A DNA stretch of 64,000 bases from Takakia lepidozioides (lineage: Eukaryota; Plantae; Bryophyta), in NCBI GenBank assembly GCA_030704615.1, contig CM060731.1:92442001-92506000 (forward strand), given 5' to 3'. This document shows, one piece after another, positions 38,240 to 51,200 of the stretch (the first letter of the stretch is position 1; every line of letters starts with the position of its first letter). The position numbers and the translations under genes are program-made. The notes beneath the pieces were generated by a model that made no database searches, was not told the origin of the DNA, and was given only the letters and a program-made list of their open reading frames with translations.

Positions 38240-39160
38240 TGTCGCGGCCCTTTGCCTTGAGGGCAGGGGGTCGAGACACAAGAGGGGCTGCCCCTGTGGT
38301 GGGGGCAGTGGCAGCGATAGGTATAGGGGGCTGAAGCACCCTTGAGTGCCCAAGGCACTCAAGGAGGCAGAGGCGCTCACTAGGTGGAGCCCCGCACACC
38401 GGGTTGCGGTAGGGGTGGCTCCACAAGGGGTGGTGGTAGCTTAGCGTGTCGCGGCCCTTTGCCTTGAGGGTAGGGGGTTGGGACACAAGAGGGGCTGCCC
38501 CTATGGTGGGGGCAGTGGCAGCGATAGGTATGGGGGGCTGAAGCACCCTTGAGTGCCCAAGGCACTCAAGGAGGCAGAGGCGCTCACTAGGTGGAGCCCC
38601 GCACACCGGGTTGCGGTGGAGGTGGCTCCACAAGGGGTGGTGGTAGCTTAGCGGGACTTAGTGGGGGTAGCATAGGACTCACCCTGGGGCGGAGATCTCG
38701 TGGTGGGAGTCGTGGGGAGTCTTGGGACTCATCACGGTCCATAAGGGCCGTGGTGGGTGGGCCAAGACTCACCGCGACTCATCATCGGGAGTTGAGGGTG
38801 TTCGTGGTGGTTCGCCATAAAATGGCATGGTTGTTTGTGAAACCCCCGCTGACAGCTACATAAGTATATATAGGGAGTAGTAACCCCGAGAACGGTGCAA
38901 GCCCGTTGGTGACCAAAAACTAGTGAGTAAGCGAGCGGCCGGAAAGCGACCAAAGAGTGGGGAGCTGTTCCGGACTGCCAACTACCAAAGGGAATTCCGC
39001 TGATTCGAAATCGTTGGAGGGTTCTTTGGGAGATCAAAGGGGGGACCGTTATGCCCCGGTGAGCAGCCGGAGCTCCAAGTTGGCCCGACGGCTAGGTTGG
39101 GAGTTAGGCGCGCGTAACTATGACTTGAGGGGAGAGCTTACCGAAGTGAGGTGCGCGACA
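38240..39160 (+). mobile_element. 5' LTR (921 bp) of the split chromovirus
   Basis: TGTCGCG...CGCGACA, preceded by TSD GTAGA (38235-38239) and followed by the PBS. Confidence 0.95.
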
Positions 39161-39162
39161 CT

Positions 39163-39174
39163 TGGTATCAGAGC
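39163..39174 (+). promoter_or_regulatory. Primer-binding site for initiator tRNA-Met
   Basis: TGGTATCAGAGC, 2 nt after the LTR. Confidence 0.92.
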
Positions 39175-39215
39175 TTAGAGTTCAGTATGCGATCGTCCTT
39201 GGGATTAGTCTCATC

Positions 39216-42172
39216 ATGGGGTCGGGCAAGCCAAAGCGAAAGCGGAACGGCCCAAAAGATGATAATCCTGGTGAGCCCGATGGGGGCAACGTGTCACCGA
39301 GGCGGCCGTTTGAGGAAGCGATGCATGTTTCCGAAAACGAGACCGCTCAAGAGCGGGAGGAATCTGAGGAGTCGGAGCCTGAGGAATCCCTGAGAGCTCC
39401 GACCGACCAACAGATGTCTCCCATGCCGACAGCCTTTTGGGAAGGGTTGTTGGCGCAATTTGGCGAGACGTTGAAATACGTGTTGAAGGCGGCTAATGTC
39501 ACTTCCACTAAGGCTAAGTTTAAGGTGAAGCCTAAGGAACCCGGCACCTTCGAGGGCGTCCAAAATCGGAAGGCACTCAACACCTGGCTCTTGGAGCTAG
39601 AGCAGTACTTCCGGGCGGCCAAGTTGAGTGACGAGGATCGGGTGGAAGTGGCTCCCACCTATTTGAGGGGCTATGCTCAACAATGGTGGCAGAAACGCCT
39701 TCACGACCGAGGTCCAAGCCCGGAAACCTTGAACTGGAGTGGGTTCAAGGAATTGATGAAGAGGCAGTTTGTGCCCCTCAACGTGTCCTGGCTCGCCCGG
39801 GACAAGATGAGGAATTTGAAGCAAACAGATGACATTCGGGGATATGTCCAGGCTTTCAATGTGCTGTTGCTCGAAGTCGCGGACATGGCAGAACCAAAAA
39901 TGGTCTTCAACTTTGTGGCGGGATTGGCCCCATGGGCCAGGCGGAAGTTGGAGGAGAAGCCACCTAAGACTTTGAACGAGGCGATTGAGAGGGCTGAATC
40001 TTTCTCGGATGTTCCTAAGGGTGAAAGACAAGGCCGTACGGAGCTGAACCACAAGAAGACCCGGCGGGAAGGTGACTCCTTCCGACCGGAAAAGAAGTGG
40101 GATATAGGCCACGCGGCAACAATGGCACGTGGAAATCAAAGGGAGGGCCTTCACAAGTCAAGGCGGCACCCGGTGCTTCGAAAGGAAAAGCGGGTGGGTG
40201 GAGCGGCCTATGGCGGACAGAAGGCGACCTTTGATGGAGTGTGTTTCAATTGCGGGGAGCCCGGGCACGTGGCCAAGAAGTGCACGAAGCCCCGACAATT
40301 GAACATGACTCGGGCGACCACAGAGCTGTCGGAAGATACCATCAGTCGCTTGGTGGAAGCGGTGATCGCCAGGACTTGCAAGGTAGGCAAATTTTCTTGT
40401 GAGTTGTATCAGGAAACTGGCGCCTTACGTAAAGGGAGTCAGTTATTGTTCGTGGATGGGATAATATCCGGAACTAACGTGTCATTGTTGGTGGACACAG
40501 GAGCGTCGCACTCCTTCATGACACCGGCAACGGCACAAAAGCTGGGACTCCCGACAAGTGACGTGGGGGCCTCTATTGAGGTGCGTTTTGCCAAAGGAGA
40601 ATCGCAATTGGCGACAAGGTTGGCGTTTTTGATGTTCCTCTTCAACTGGGAGTTGGGAGGGACGTGAGAACTTCACCATCTGCGAGATTGATGGAGTCGA
40701 TCTCATTTTGGGGATGACCTTTTTGAGCAAATCCGGAGCGGTCATAGATGGCCGCAAGAGAGTAGTCACGTTGCCATGTGGGAATGGTGGCGAGGTCTTA
40801 CAAGTGTCGGAAACGCCCAAACCCGTGGGAGGGCGAATAAACCTTCTGTCAGTAAGGGAGTGGGCCGTGGAGGAGGCACACGAGCCCCAGTTTTTGCTTT
40901 ACATTAGAGAAGTGAAGAGAGAAGGCGATGGGGAGCCGAGCCCAGATTGGATCAAGGGGATTTTGGAGAAATACCAGGATATGATGTCGGAGGATTTACC
41001 AAGCGGCTTGCCACCGCGAAGAGGAGTTGACCACAAGATTGAGGTGATACCGGGATCGGAACCGCCTGCCAAGGTGCCCTACCGGTTGAGCCACAAAGAG
41101 TTGGTCGAGCTGAAGACTCAGCTCAAAGATCTAATGTCAAAGGGGTACATCCGGCCGAGTAAGTCACCTTACGGAGCCCCGGTGCTATTCGCAGACAAGA
41201 AGGATGGGACGCTGCGGATGTGTGTCGATTACAGGGCTTTGAATAAGGTGACTATCAAAAACCGGTACCCTTTGCCAAGGATCGACGACCTTTTCGATCG
41301 GTTGGCAGGAGCGAAGTATTTCAGCCGGATCGATCTGCGCTCCGGCTATCATCAAATTCGAGTGGCGGAAGGAGATGAGGAGAAGACCGCGTGCAGGACA
41401 AGGTATGGTTCATATGAGTTCTTGGTGATGCCTTTTGGACTCACCAACGCTCCCGCGACCTTTAGCACGCTGATGAACAGTCTTTTCCAGGAGTGGTTGG
41501 ATGACTTTGTGATCGTGTACATCGACGACATCTTGGTGTATTCGAAAACAAAGGAGGAGCACCTAGAGCACCTCAAAAGGGTGTTCCAGAAATTGTGGGA
41601 AGGGAAGCTGTATGCCAAAGCTTCAAAGTGCGAATTCGGGATCACAAAAGTGGAGTTCCTGGGGCATGTGATTACACAGGATGGGATCAGAATGGATGAC
41701 AGGAAGGTGAGGGCAATCTTGGACTGGGAGCCTCCGATTTCGGTCCCGGGAGTGCGATCCTTCCTAGGACTCGCCTCCTATTACCAGAAGTATGTGAGAA
41801 ATTTTGCCAAGATCGCGGGGCCGCTGTCAGACCTTCTGTGTAAATCCAAAGTCTGGGCATGGAACACCTTTTGTGGCCAAGCTTTTGCTGAATTGAAGCA
41901 GCAGATGGCGGAAGCTCCAGTCTTGAAAATCCCGGAGTTCGATCGTCCGTTTGAGATTCATACAGATGCGTCGGACTTCGCGATTGGGGGTGTACTAATG
42001 CAAGATGGACGTCCAGTGGCTTACGAAAGTAAGAAACTGAATGAAGTGGAGCGACGATGGCCGACGCACGAGAAGGAGATGAAGGCGGTGGTGTACTGTC
42101 TTGAGCTTTGGCGCCACTATGTTGGTTCCAACCCAGTGAAGGTGTTCACGGACAATGTCACGGTGAAGTATT
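39216..42172 (+). pseudogene. Chromovirus (possibly Galadriel-like) gag-protease-RT-RNase H, cut inside RNase H
   Basis: Gag with CFNCGEPGHVAKKC knuckle, protease [41 protein letters not shown], RNase [22 protein letters not shown]. Frameshift near 40630-40670. Confidence 0.95.
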
Positions 42173-42184
42173 CCTCCTTCCACC

Positions 42185-42673
42185 TCATTGCGGCCTCCTT
42201 TGAAGCCTCCCTCTTCTCCCAAGGTGAGGAGGAACCCACCCCCTTCTGAGCCCCCCCCTTATAAGCCCTCTTGGTTGCAGAAGAAGGGAAAAGGCATTGG
42301 CGGTGGGGCTAAGATCAAGTTGCCCATATCTGGCGGCAGATCTGAGAATGCGCTTCCCCGCGTAAAAGTCAGGGCCCTCCATCAGCCCGTGGGGTGGCGT
42401 CCCAGCCTGAACATTGGGTGCACCACCCTCAAGTGGAGGCTCATCCCCAGCCTCATTCTTCGAGGGCGTGGAGGCCTCGACGGCCTTACGGCTTGGTCCT
42501 CTCACATAGCCGCCTATAGGGCTGGTGAGTTTGGACCAAGTGGACCGTGTCACACGGCCGTCAATGACGGGAGCGTTGTCAGGCTTCCCTACCTTAGCGG
42601 CAGGCGATTTCTGCTCCTTCAGCGGCGTCTTCTCCTTGTCCTTCGGCGGCCCCTTCTCCTTGTCCTTTGCCAT
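42185..42673 (-). pseudogene. Basic/Pro-rich ORF start, probably TE-derived, truncated at the 42172 breakpoint
   Basis: MAKDKEKGPPKDKEK...; no recognisable domain. Confidence 0.3.
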
Positions 42674-42839
42674 ACTACTAGCTTATCCCTGCGCCCACAA
42701 CACTACTACCGTGTGATTTCACATGCCAAAAACAAACAAGGCCTGACCCTCCCCTTCCCCTCTCTCCTCTCCCTCTATCTTTATGTCCTTCTCCATCTCC
42801 CCCTTTCTCTCTCTGCTGATAAGCAAAAAATGAAAAGAG

Positions 42840-43560
42840 GGCGCGGGGGGGGGGGGGGGCTGAGAGCATCAGCACTTGCTGCTGCTGTCAGCCCCCCACC
42901 ATTCCAAGAAGCAAAAAAAAAAAGGGTGGGGGAACCTGAGAGCAGTAGCAGCAAGTACTTGCTGCTGCAGCTCTCAACGCCCCCCACCATTGCCAAAACC
43001 AACAAATGAAAGGTCGGGGGGGACTAAGACCAGCATCAGCAAGCTGCTCTCAGCACCCCCCACCATTCCAAAAACAAAAAACGAAAAGGTGGGGGGGGGG
43101 GGGAAGTGACTGAGCAGCAGCAGCTGCTGAGTCACTCCCCCCCCAACCTTCTTTTTTATTTTTCTTCCCTCATCTCTCCCACTCTCTCCCTCTCTCCCTC
43201 TCTCTCCCTCTGTCCTATGTCCCTCTGTCTCCCTCTGTCCCATCAGGATGTGGAGAGAGAGGGATTGTTGAGGGGGGGGGGGGAACGGTGGGGGGGTGGG
43301 GAAGTGACTGGAGCAGCTGCCCCCCCCACCTTTTTTTTTTCCCCCCCCCCCCTCAACAGTCCCTCTCTCTCTCTCTTGTCCCTTATCTCTCCATCTCTCT
43401 CCCTCTGTTCCATCACGATGTGGAGAGAGAGGGAGAGAGGGAGAGAGAGGGAGTGATGAGGGGAAAAATAAATAAAAATTGGGGGGGAGTGAGCAGCTGT
43501 TTTTTTTTTTTTTTTTCCCCTCCTCTCTCCCTCTCTCTCCCTCTCTACTGGGAATTGGCA
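42840..43560. repeat. GTGACTGAGCAGC..GCTGCTCAGTCAC-type palindromes among G/C runs and (CT)/(GA) tracts
   Basis: About 6 related units; a related inverted block lies at 55560-56050. Confidence 0.75.
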
Positions 43561-43599
43561 GTTTGCTATCAGTGTTGACTTTTTGTTTTCTCATCCACT

Positions 43600-44110
43600 A
43601 TCAGGCTTTTTCATCCATACCGGATGAGCCACCAGGATGGACACTGAATTACCTCTCGGATGGTTCTTTTGGCCTTTTCATTCCTCCTTTATTGACTCTC
43701 ATCCATACCGGATGAGTCACCATGGAAGAAAAGAATTACCTCTATGGAGGTTGCCAACAGCATCATGTTTTTCCATCCGTACCGGATGAAAACGGTGATA
43801 ATTTTTCATTCCTCTTTTATTGACTCTTTTTATCCATACCGGATGGTCTGGTGAGGAATGATAGAATTACCTAGATGGAGGTAATGCGCTGCCACGGATG
43901 ATATTCCCTACTTTTTCATCCTGACATAAGTGATCTGTCTATGGATGATGTGATTATGGCCTGGAATTGATCTTTACTACCCCTAATTATGATTAATTAC
44001 AGTGGAAACCCTAACCCTTACCCCAAAACCTATTTTAAACCTTGTTGCCGATGAAATCCGTCAGGGTATACGGATTCATCCTATTGTTTTTCATCCACGG
44101 ATGAATAATC
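43600..44110. repeat. CATCC-n-GGATG palindromic repeat cluster
   Basis: catcc(a/g)taccggatg and variants at about 43612, 43699, 43774, 43811 and 44092. Confidence 0.7.
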
Positions 44111-44736
44111 GGGGGACAACCCTATGTCGTCTCTCCCGCTGTCAGAAGCACGCGATGTGCTTCTGAGCTCGAGAGGAGAGTGTTATGGCGGACGTGCTTC
44201 GGTGGATGCCCCGTTTGTGGTGTCGTACCCATGCTGGACGAGCGCCTGGGGGGGCGCGAAGGCGGCGCCTTGTTTCTCTTGCAGCAGGAAACACCGCTTT
44301 GAATGCAGTGGCATCTTCCCTCCTCTGGCTTTTTCTGTGCTTAGCAAGGATACTTATGATGGGAAGTTCTCTCCCTTCTTTCTAGTGCCTTGCGATTGTA
44401 GATAACGGAGTGCGGGTGCTGCAGGCAGGAGCCCTACGAGGGGTCAAGATATATTTTCTGAGCATTTGCCATACCACAGACGGAATGGTGACATGATGTC
44501 AAACAAACGAACGAGTAGCAGAACATTCCGGTCTAGGTGTCATGATGTTTTCATGCTTCCGCTACGGCTCATGTAGCATCGAAACTGGACTGACGGGTTG
44601 TTTGATCAAGAGGGAACAGATAGATTTACCCCGGGTGGTGAAACAAGGCCCCATTTTTGGTATCAGAGTTGCTGATTGCGGCCATGTCCAGTTCAAGCTG
44701 GCGCAAGAGAGAGCTGGCAATTTGGTAGCACAATGG

Positions 44737-45012
44737 ATGCACAGTTCTAACTATACAACTCAAGGGCCAGACATAGGTGACTTGGTGTTACATATAGAAA
44801 GCTTTGGTCGCATCTCACTTGCAGGTTTGAATCCGCTGTCTTTCTACTGTTTGCCAGGAGATATAGCGATTTGTATTGTGCACACTGGTGGAGGAACTTA
44901 TGCTAAGGCGTGGATCCTATGCCATGAAAAAAACACATGGGCAGATGCGGGACATGATGCTATAAACCACACCAGTCATGTCCGATCAGTCCATTTCGGA
45001 CGACGAATCTGA
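44737..45012 (+). CDS. Small ORF A (91 aa), unknown PxhGD..D-x6-HxG-x7-W domain
   Basis: In-frame ATG 68 nt after the PBS; PDIGDLVLH..PGDIAICIVHTGGGTYAKAW. Confidence 0.6.
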   Translation: MHSSNYTTQGPDIGDLVLHIESFGRISLAGLNPLSFYCLPGDIAICIVHTGGGTYAKAWILCHEKNTWADAGHDAINHTSHVRSVHFGRRI

Positions 45013-45331
45013 ACTTAGGAATCAGCCAGTAGAACACACACGAGATGATGTAGATCCCGAGCTAGCAGCACTGCACAGACTTCCCAAACTAGGGGATATC
45101 TTTGTGGATCTGAGGCCAACGGGCAATACTAGCTATAGTTTATGGACAACGAGACAAGTAGTATAGTTCAAAGAAGGTGATGTGCTCATCCGCTTGGAGC
45201 ACCAAGGATATAAGTCTAGGATGCTTGTGTGGGAAATGATAGACACCATCGGCAGAGGTAGAGAGTGGTTGGTTACCAAACGTGAGATCTTGTCATACAA
45301 GAATCTACTAAGAGGAGTCGTCAGGCACTGA
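44978..45331 (+). pseudogene. Small ORF B (117 codons, one internal TAG at 45164-45166), paralogue of A
   Basis: PKLGDIFVD..*FKEGDVLIRLEHQGYKSRMLVW. Confidence 0.6.
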
Positions 45332-45346
45332 TAACACTAGTGAAAC

Positions 45347-45673
45347 ATGCCAGGTCTGGATCAGACATCAGTGACTGATCAACCAGAGGTAGGAGATGTT
45401 TTGATTTCATATAGTTTAGATCCGTCGCCAAATACTAACCCAAGACCAGTGTTTTACCATCAATTGTCAAGAGCGCCTAATGAAGACCTCTGTGTACGAG
45501 TGATACATGCTGGAAACCGGGTAACAGTAGTATTATGGGTCAGAGCGGCATATGCTTGGGTAATGGTTTCCGTCATGTCAATAAGAGTAGCAGTAAGCGG
45601 ACGGGATGAAGTGCTTCAGAACGGAGTATGGAGTACAAGTACTAGAAATCTAGGACATGGAAGAGTAAAATAG
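45347..45673 (+). CDS. Small ORF C (108 aa), paralogue of A
   Basis: PEVGDVLIS..NEDLCVRVIHAGNRVTVVLW. Confidence 0.6.
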   Translation: MPGLDQTSVTDQPEVGDVLISYSLDPSPNTNPRPVFYHQLSRAPNEDLCVRVIHAGNRVTVVLWVRAAYAWVMVSVMSIRVAVSGRDEVLQNGVWSTSTRNLGHGRVK

Positions 45674-45729
45674 AATAGTGTTGTTGTCAATTTAAATTGA
45701 AAAAACCCGAAGAAAAGCGACGTAACAAA

Positions 45730-46215
45730 ATGGCTAGCCCGTCAGGGGTAGATGCACCCTATTATGGTAGGGAATCAAAGGATGTGGTTGATTGGATCGA
45801 AAAATTGCAAATGGCGGGAGATGTAAGAGATTTATCAGATGACAAGATATTCAAGGTGGCAAGGTTAAACCTCAAAGGTAAAGCTGATGATTGGTATAGG
45901 TGTCAAAACCCGAAACCAGTAGATTGGGAGAATTTACAAGTGGCCATGTTGGCAAAGTTTGGGCATGTGGATATGGCGGATTTAAAGATGAATGGACGAA
46001 GTGAAGCAGGAACCAAAACAAAGGGTTCAAGCTTACTTTGACCGACTTAATCGGTTGTTTGTCAAAGGGCACATTCCCGAGTTAGAACAACGTCCAAGGT
46101 TTATGGGGGGTCTTAGGCATGAGATAATGAAGCTGATGCTAGGAACCCGATTTTAGAGTGTTGATGAAGCAGTGGAAACCGCCATGGATGTGGAGAGAGG
46201 ATTATCCACTACAAC
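45730..46215 (+). pseudogene. Ty3/gypsy-type gag (capsid) fragment
   Basis: YYGRESKDVVDWIEKL..LNLKGKADDWY..WENLQVAMLAKF, then after a frameshift KQEPKQRVQAYFDRL..FMGGLR. Confidence 0.85.
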
Positions 46216-48208
46216 ATATCCCGGCTTTTACGTCTGCTATTTTCCAGCCGTATCAGCCTTTTATGGCTGCATGACTGCCCAGTCAGATAAACCCAGTCAA
46301 TTGTGACAAATGAGTCGTAAGCGCAATAGAGTCGTATCTGCCAGTCGTGGAGCTCACTATTGACGTGGCAATGGGGGCCTAATCATAGTCATAGATAAGA
46401 CTGCAATAAATCACTACTACATTTAGGGGGGGTTAGTGACGCCGGGACCCCGGGCGCGCCGGACGCGACGACCCTCCTGCGACTGCAGCGCCGCGCAGGC
46501 GCCCGGCCCGGAAATTGCGACGTCGGCCCGTTGCCGCCGTGCCGCTCCGGTGACGCTTTGCCTGCTTGCGATTCCGCCATAGTCGCTGCTGGTGGGGATG
46601 ACCCGCCAGCGAGCTGGGGGTCGCGACGCCCAGGCGTCGCACTTACCCTCTGCGACGCTCCCGCAAGGCTGCGACTGCCGGGAATCGCAACAACACCCCC
46701 CACACTTAGGCGCGTGGGGAGGGCCGAGTCAGGTCGCGCTGGGTTTTGCGACGTCCAGACGTCGCCAAAATGCCACAATGGTGAGGTTGCGATTCCCCGC
46801 AGTCGCATGCCTGCTGGGACGACGCTCCTGCAGGGCCGCGACGTTGGGGAGTTGCAAGGATGCCATTTCCCCTTGGCCGCCACGTGGCAAGGGCACGCCA
46901 CCTCGTGGGGGTTGCGACTGCTAGAAGTCGTCCGTCAGCGGTAATGCGATGGGCCTGCGACGTCCGGGAGTCGCAGAGAGGCCCTATTTAGTGTCTTTTT
47001 GCAAAGGTCATGGCAATTGATCCCCTTCTTCCAATCTTTATAGTGCTCCTTCTCTCTTGCTGTATAACACGGCCAGAGTTCTTTCTACCACCATTGGTGC
47101 CGATCCCAGCAAACTTGACGGCCGCCGCCACATCCTCCTCCTCATCCCCTTAGGTGGGATGATGATTTTTTTGCACATGCACATGATTTTGTTTTCATCC
47201 GTTCCCAAGCCATATGCTTAATGACAACGTTTGCAATGCGTGTGCAAAATTTGGGAGCGAACAAAAATCATTTTGACTGAAAACCATATTTTCTTCCCTC
47301 ATTTGCACTCCCAAGTTGAGTTCTTTTCAACTTCATGCACTCTCCATAGACAGTTCCGCAATAGTGAGTGAATGAAACTCTTTGTTTTTTTTGTTTTTTT
47401 TTTTGGGTCCAAATTTTCCTATGGATGTAGTGGTCTGGGGTTTGCATTCACAAAACAAAATAGAGCTAAAACAAAAATCATTACGTAGGACAAATCCGCA
47501 ATCATAGATATTGTAAATGCAGGGGGTTGCGACCTCCAGGGGTCGCCTTGCGACGACATTGCGATGCCCCAACAGGTCTGCGACGGCGGGGAATCGCAAT
47601 ATCGCCTTTTATGTGTCCTTGCAAAGGTCACGGCAGAGGCCAAGCTGAATGGATCCATTGTTGCAAATCTTTTTAGTCCTCCTTCTGTGCTACAATATAA
47701 CAGGTCTATTTGCATGTGGGAGACCGTGATCAACCCGGGCGGCCTTATTGTTAAAGACAAAGGGCAGGAAGAGGGGGTAGGGACACTAGGAAAGGAAAAG
47801 GGAAGGGCCATGGGATTAGAGGGTTGAGGGTAGATTGCTTTGGCAATGGCTTTAGCAACATTGTTGTCTTTCACACCAATTTCGAAGATTCTTTCTGTTG
47901 CATCGAGATCATGGTAACCAAATCGATTGAAGGGTTTCCAGGGGTAAGTCTTGGTCAGCATTTGTAGAACAAGAACCATGTCTTCCAACATTCTTGCCCT
48001 CGTACAAAAACTCAACAATCCTAGAGACACTTTTTCGAGTCACAACTTCACTAGAATCATTCCTAGATCGCCACACCTGCAAAGGATTTTTTCATGGATT
48101 TTTCATTAATCAATCATAGAAATAAGCTACATGCATGTACATGTACAATCAATCGAAGGGATGGGTACAATTCTGTGCGAGAATTATTATGTAGCTTTGA
48201 TTATGTGT

Positions 48209-51200
48209 CTAATAAACTTGAACATCATCATCCGGAGCTTCTTCGCCCTCATCAAGCTGCAAGTCTTCTTGCTCATCAGAGTCATTGTCATAAATGGCCT
48301 GGTCACCAAAAGGCACATCTGAATCATCTTTCACCTCGGTTTCAATGACCATGTCTTCATCTTCTTCTCCAACATCCGCATCTGATGGAGCCTCATCGTA
48401 TAGGGTCCGGGATGCATTGTCCGGGGCGTCATCATTCTCTTGTACCCCATCTATCCAACCTCGGCCAACATCAGCGTCATCATGACCAGTCTCTTCCTCC
48501 TCCGCATCTGCCTCGCCCCATGTAGATCCCTGACTATGATAGATACGTCTTCCTCTTGGCTGAGCATGCACAACCACCTTCCAATTTCCTGATCCGGAGA
48601 AGAAAACTTGCTCCATGTCTGAAGGCCATGAAAAAGGCTCATCGGAGGGACGATGAGTAGACTCGAGCCTATCTGTATTGACGCGCATGAAACCACACTC
48701 GTCTTCCACTATTGTTGCGGATGGCCCCACAAGATGTGGCTGGAACCACCTTGCCTTGAAGATAAGAGGCTGGTGTCTTGTACACTGAAGTTGGAGTATG
48801 CTCTCAAGCTCTCCAAAGTAGTTGAGTGTGCTCATGGTAGGTCATGTATCTCCCCTGCCCCACACGGAGTCTTACCAATATGAGGCACACAAGTCAGAAT
48901 CAAACGTTGTTTTGCGCTTCATGTCAAGAGCACGAATACGAAAATGACGACCATGAACCCAAACCGCCGTGTATGAGGTCGCAAATTGAGAAGGGCCCTT
49001 TGCAATGTCTTGCACCAAATCTGAAACCACCTCACATTTCGCAATGCTATCCTCTACTTCAATCCAAAGCCAATGGTGGAATGAACTTAGAGGCTGCAAT
49101 TCCATGGGCAATTCTTGTGAAGGCACATTCCTACCTCGGCCCCTTACTCGCGGAGCGCTTGTAGTCGCCCTTGCATGGTTCCGCCTCCATGCAACCGTCT
49201 CCTCCTGTCATTGCTGAACAAGGTTATTGTATCTTGCCTCCCACTCATGTATGGATGGGGTGTTCTTCAGTATGAACTCATGCGCTTGGTTAATCAACAT
49301 GATGGGTAATTTTACCCTCTTTGAATTTTTGGGCAAAACGATGTCTTTGGTTCGTACATCCTCATCTTCCTTCCACATCGGAGGGGCTTCCTTATCCACC
49401 CTTGCCAAGTACTCCATGCAGTAGAACATAGCCTCTTGCAATGTATACCCCTCCACCATGCTACCCTCCGGGTGTGCCATTTGTCTTACATGTGCTTTCA
49501 AAAGTCTTCATGTATCGCTCAAGGTAGTACATCCACCGAGAATGAACGGGGCCGGCAATTGAAGCCTCTTCCACTAAGTGCACTACCAAGTGCACTTGGA
49601 TGTCAAAGAAGGAGGGAGGAAGGTGCATCTCCAACATACACATGACTACCACCGCCTCCTTCTTCATGCGTGGAAAGTCCGCTTCCTCCAGCTCTTTGGA
49701 GCAAATCCACCGGAACAATGCTCCCAATCTATAGACTGTCTCGCGAACCTCGGGAGTCAATGTCCCACGTACTGCAATGGGCAAGATGTCTCGCAATAGA
49801 TTGTGGTAGTCATGAGACTTCAAACCATGGACCCCGTCTTCGTTGAACTTCATACGGAGGGATGACCCATAATCAGTTGGTGTTCGGACAGCTCCTATGG
49901 TGGCTATCACTTTCTTGTATTCCTCCTTTGTCCATTGCCAAGGTGCACGCCTATACTTCCACCGTACAACACCCTTTGGGTCCACACCATTTTCTTCGGC
50001 CCATAGATGGGGCATGTGACCCTGCTCCTCAAGTTCTTTCTAACACCGAGAAAATCTCCTTTCGCAGCCACTCCCTTCTTTGCCGGCGTGCCATGAAGAA
50101 CACGAAAAAAGGACGAGCAAACATTCTTCTCAATATGCATGGGATCTAGAAGATGACGAATCTTCAGGTCCTACACATATCCCCACCCACAAATTCTTAC
50201 ACGTCTATTTTGTCGTGAAAGTGACAATGGAAATCATACAAAACATGCAATATCACATGCATGCATAGCAATATTGATGGTGTTTTTGTGGAATATGTAC
50301 CGCCCAATATGGCAACTCGTAGAAGATTGAAAGTCGCTTCATGCTGCACCTCCACTTCGCCGGACCCCTCCGGATGGGCCTCCTTCCATCGGTCTTCCCA
50401 AAAGTGCCCGGATGGTGTCACAGGTGGGGGACGTTACTCCACTTTGCCATCAAACAAGTGTTTGTCTCTTCTTCTCCAATGATGGCTCATAGGAAGAACT
50501 TGCGGTAGTTGGGATACACCATCTTGTGAAGATTGCTGGAGCTTTGTGCATCAAGTTCATCGCCACAATGCAGGCATGCGTGGTACCCTTTAGTGCTCAA
50601 CCCCGAGCAAATAGTAAGTCCTGCAGACATTCCGCCACATTAGGAAAGACAAAAAGTTTCCATGTGCATCTACCCCACTACGGTGCAGAAGACTGTCGCT
50701 GCTACTTCAATCAATCCCAATCCTCATCAATATCCCTTGACAGGTAAATGTACGCGGGTTTCTCATGGGGAACATAATATACCTGGATAATCATGCATTG
50801 TCCAGAGCAAGAAGCCTCTCATTTGAGAAGATTGTCCGGCCATAGGGTCAAGTGAAGCATCCAATGCCGGGACCCCCCTCCATAGCTCCTTCAGTTCATC
50901 AACTAGAGGTCACAAGTACGTGTCCATGTCTTTCACTTGTTTTTTCCCTCTGAGACATTCACACCATTAATTGTTTCAATGCTCCACCATGCTAATTATA
51001 CTTCATAATGAATGACACATTTTACTACATGATTACGTCACTCATCAATCTTCCATCGGAATTGCGCCAAAGAGAAGGAGATTAATGTAAAATCCAAAGA
51101 AATAATAAGCATGAAATGAGAACACTCACCCGGTACAATGGCAACCAACATGATATGACATTTTATTATTGAAAGATATGGAGGGATGTTGTAATTCACC

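Larger units (their letters stand above)
44111..46215 (+). mobile_element. 5' part of an LTR retroelement: putative LTR (ends ..CCCCA at 44653), PBS-Met, three small paralogous ORFs, gag
   Basis: TGGTATCAGAG at 44658-44668; ORFs at 44737-45012, 44978-45331 and 45347-45673; gag from 45730. LTR start uncertain. Confidence 0.7.

Noticed and set aside
42188-43594. Long ORFs (273 and 206 aa) and similar ORFs at 54623-55192, 58848-59528 and within the LTRs
   Set aside because: Products of GC-rich or low-complexity repeats, or antisense shadows; no motifs.
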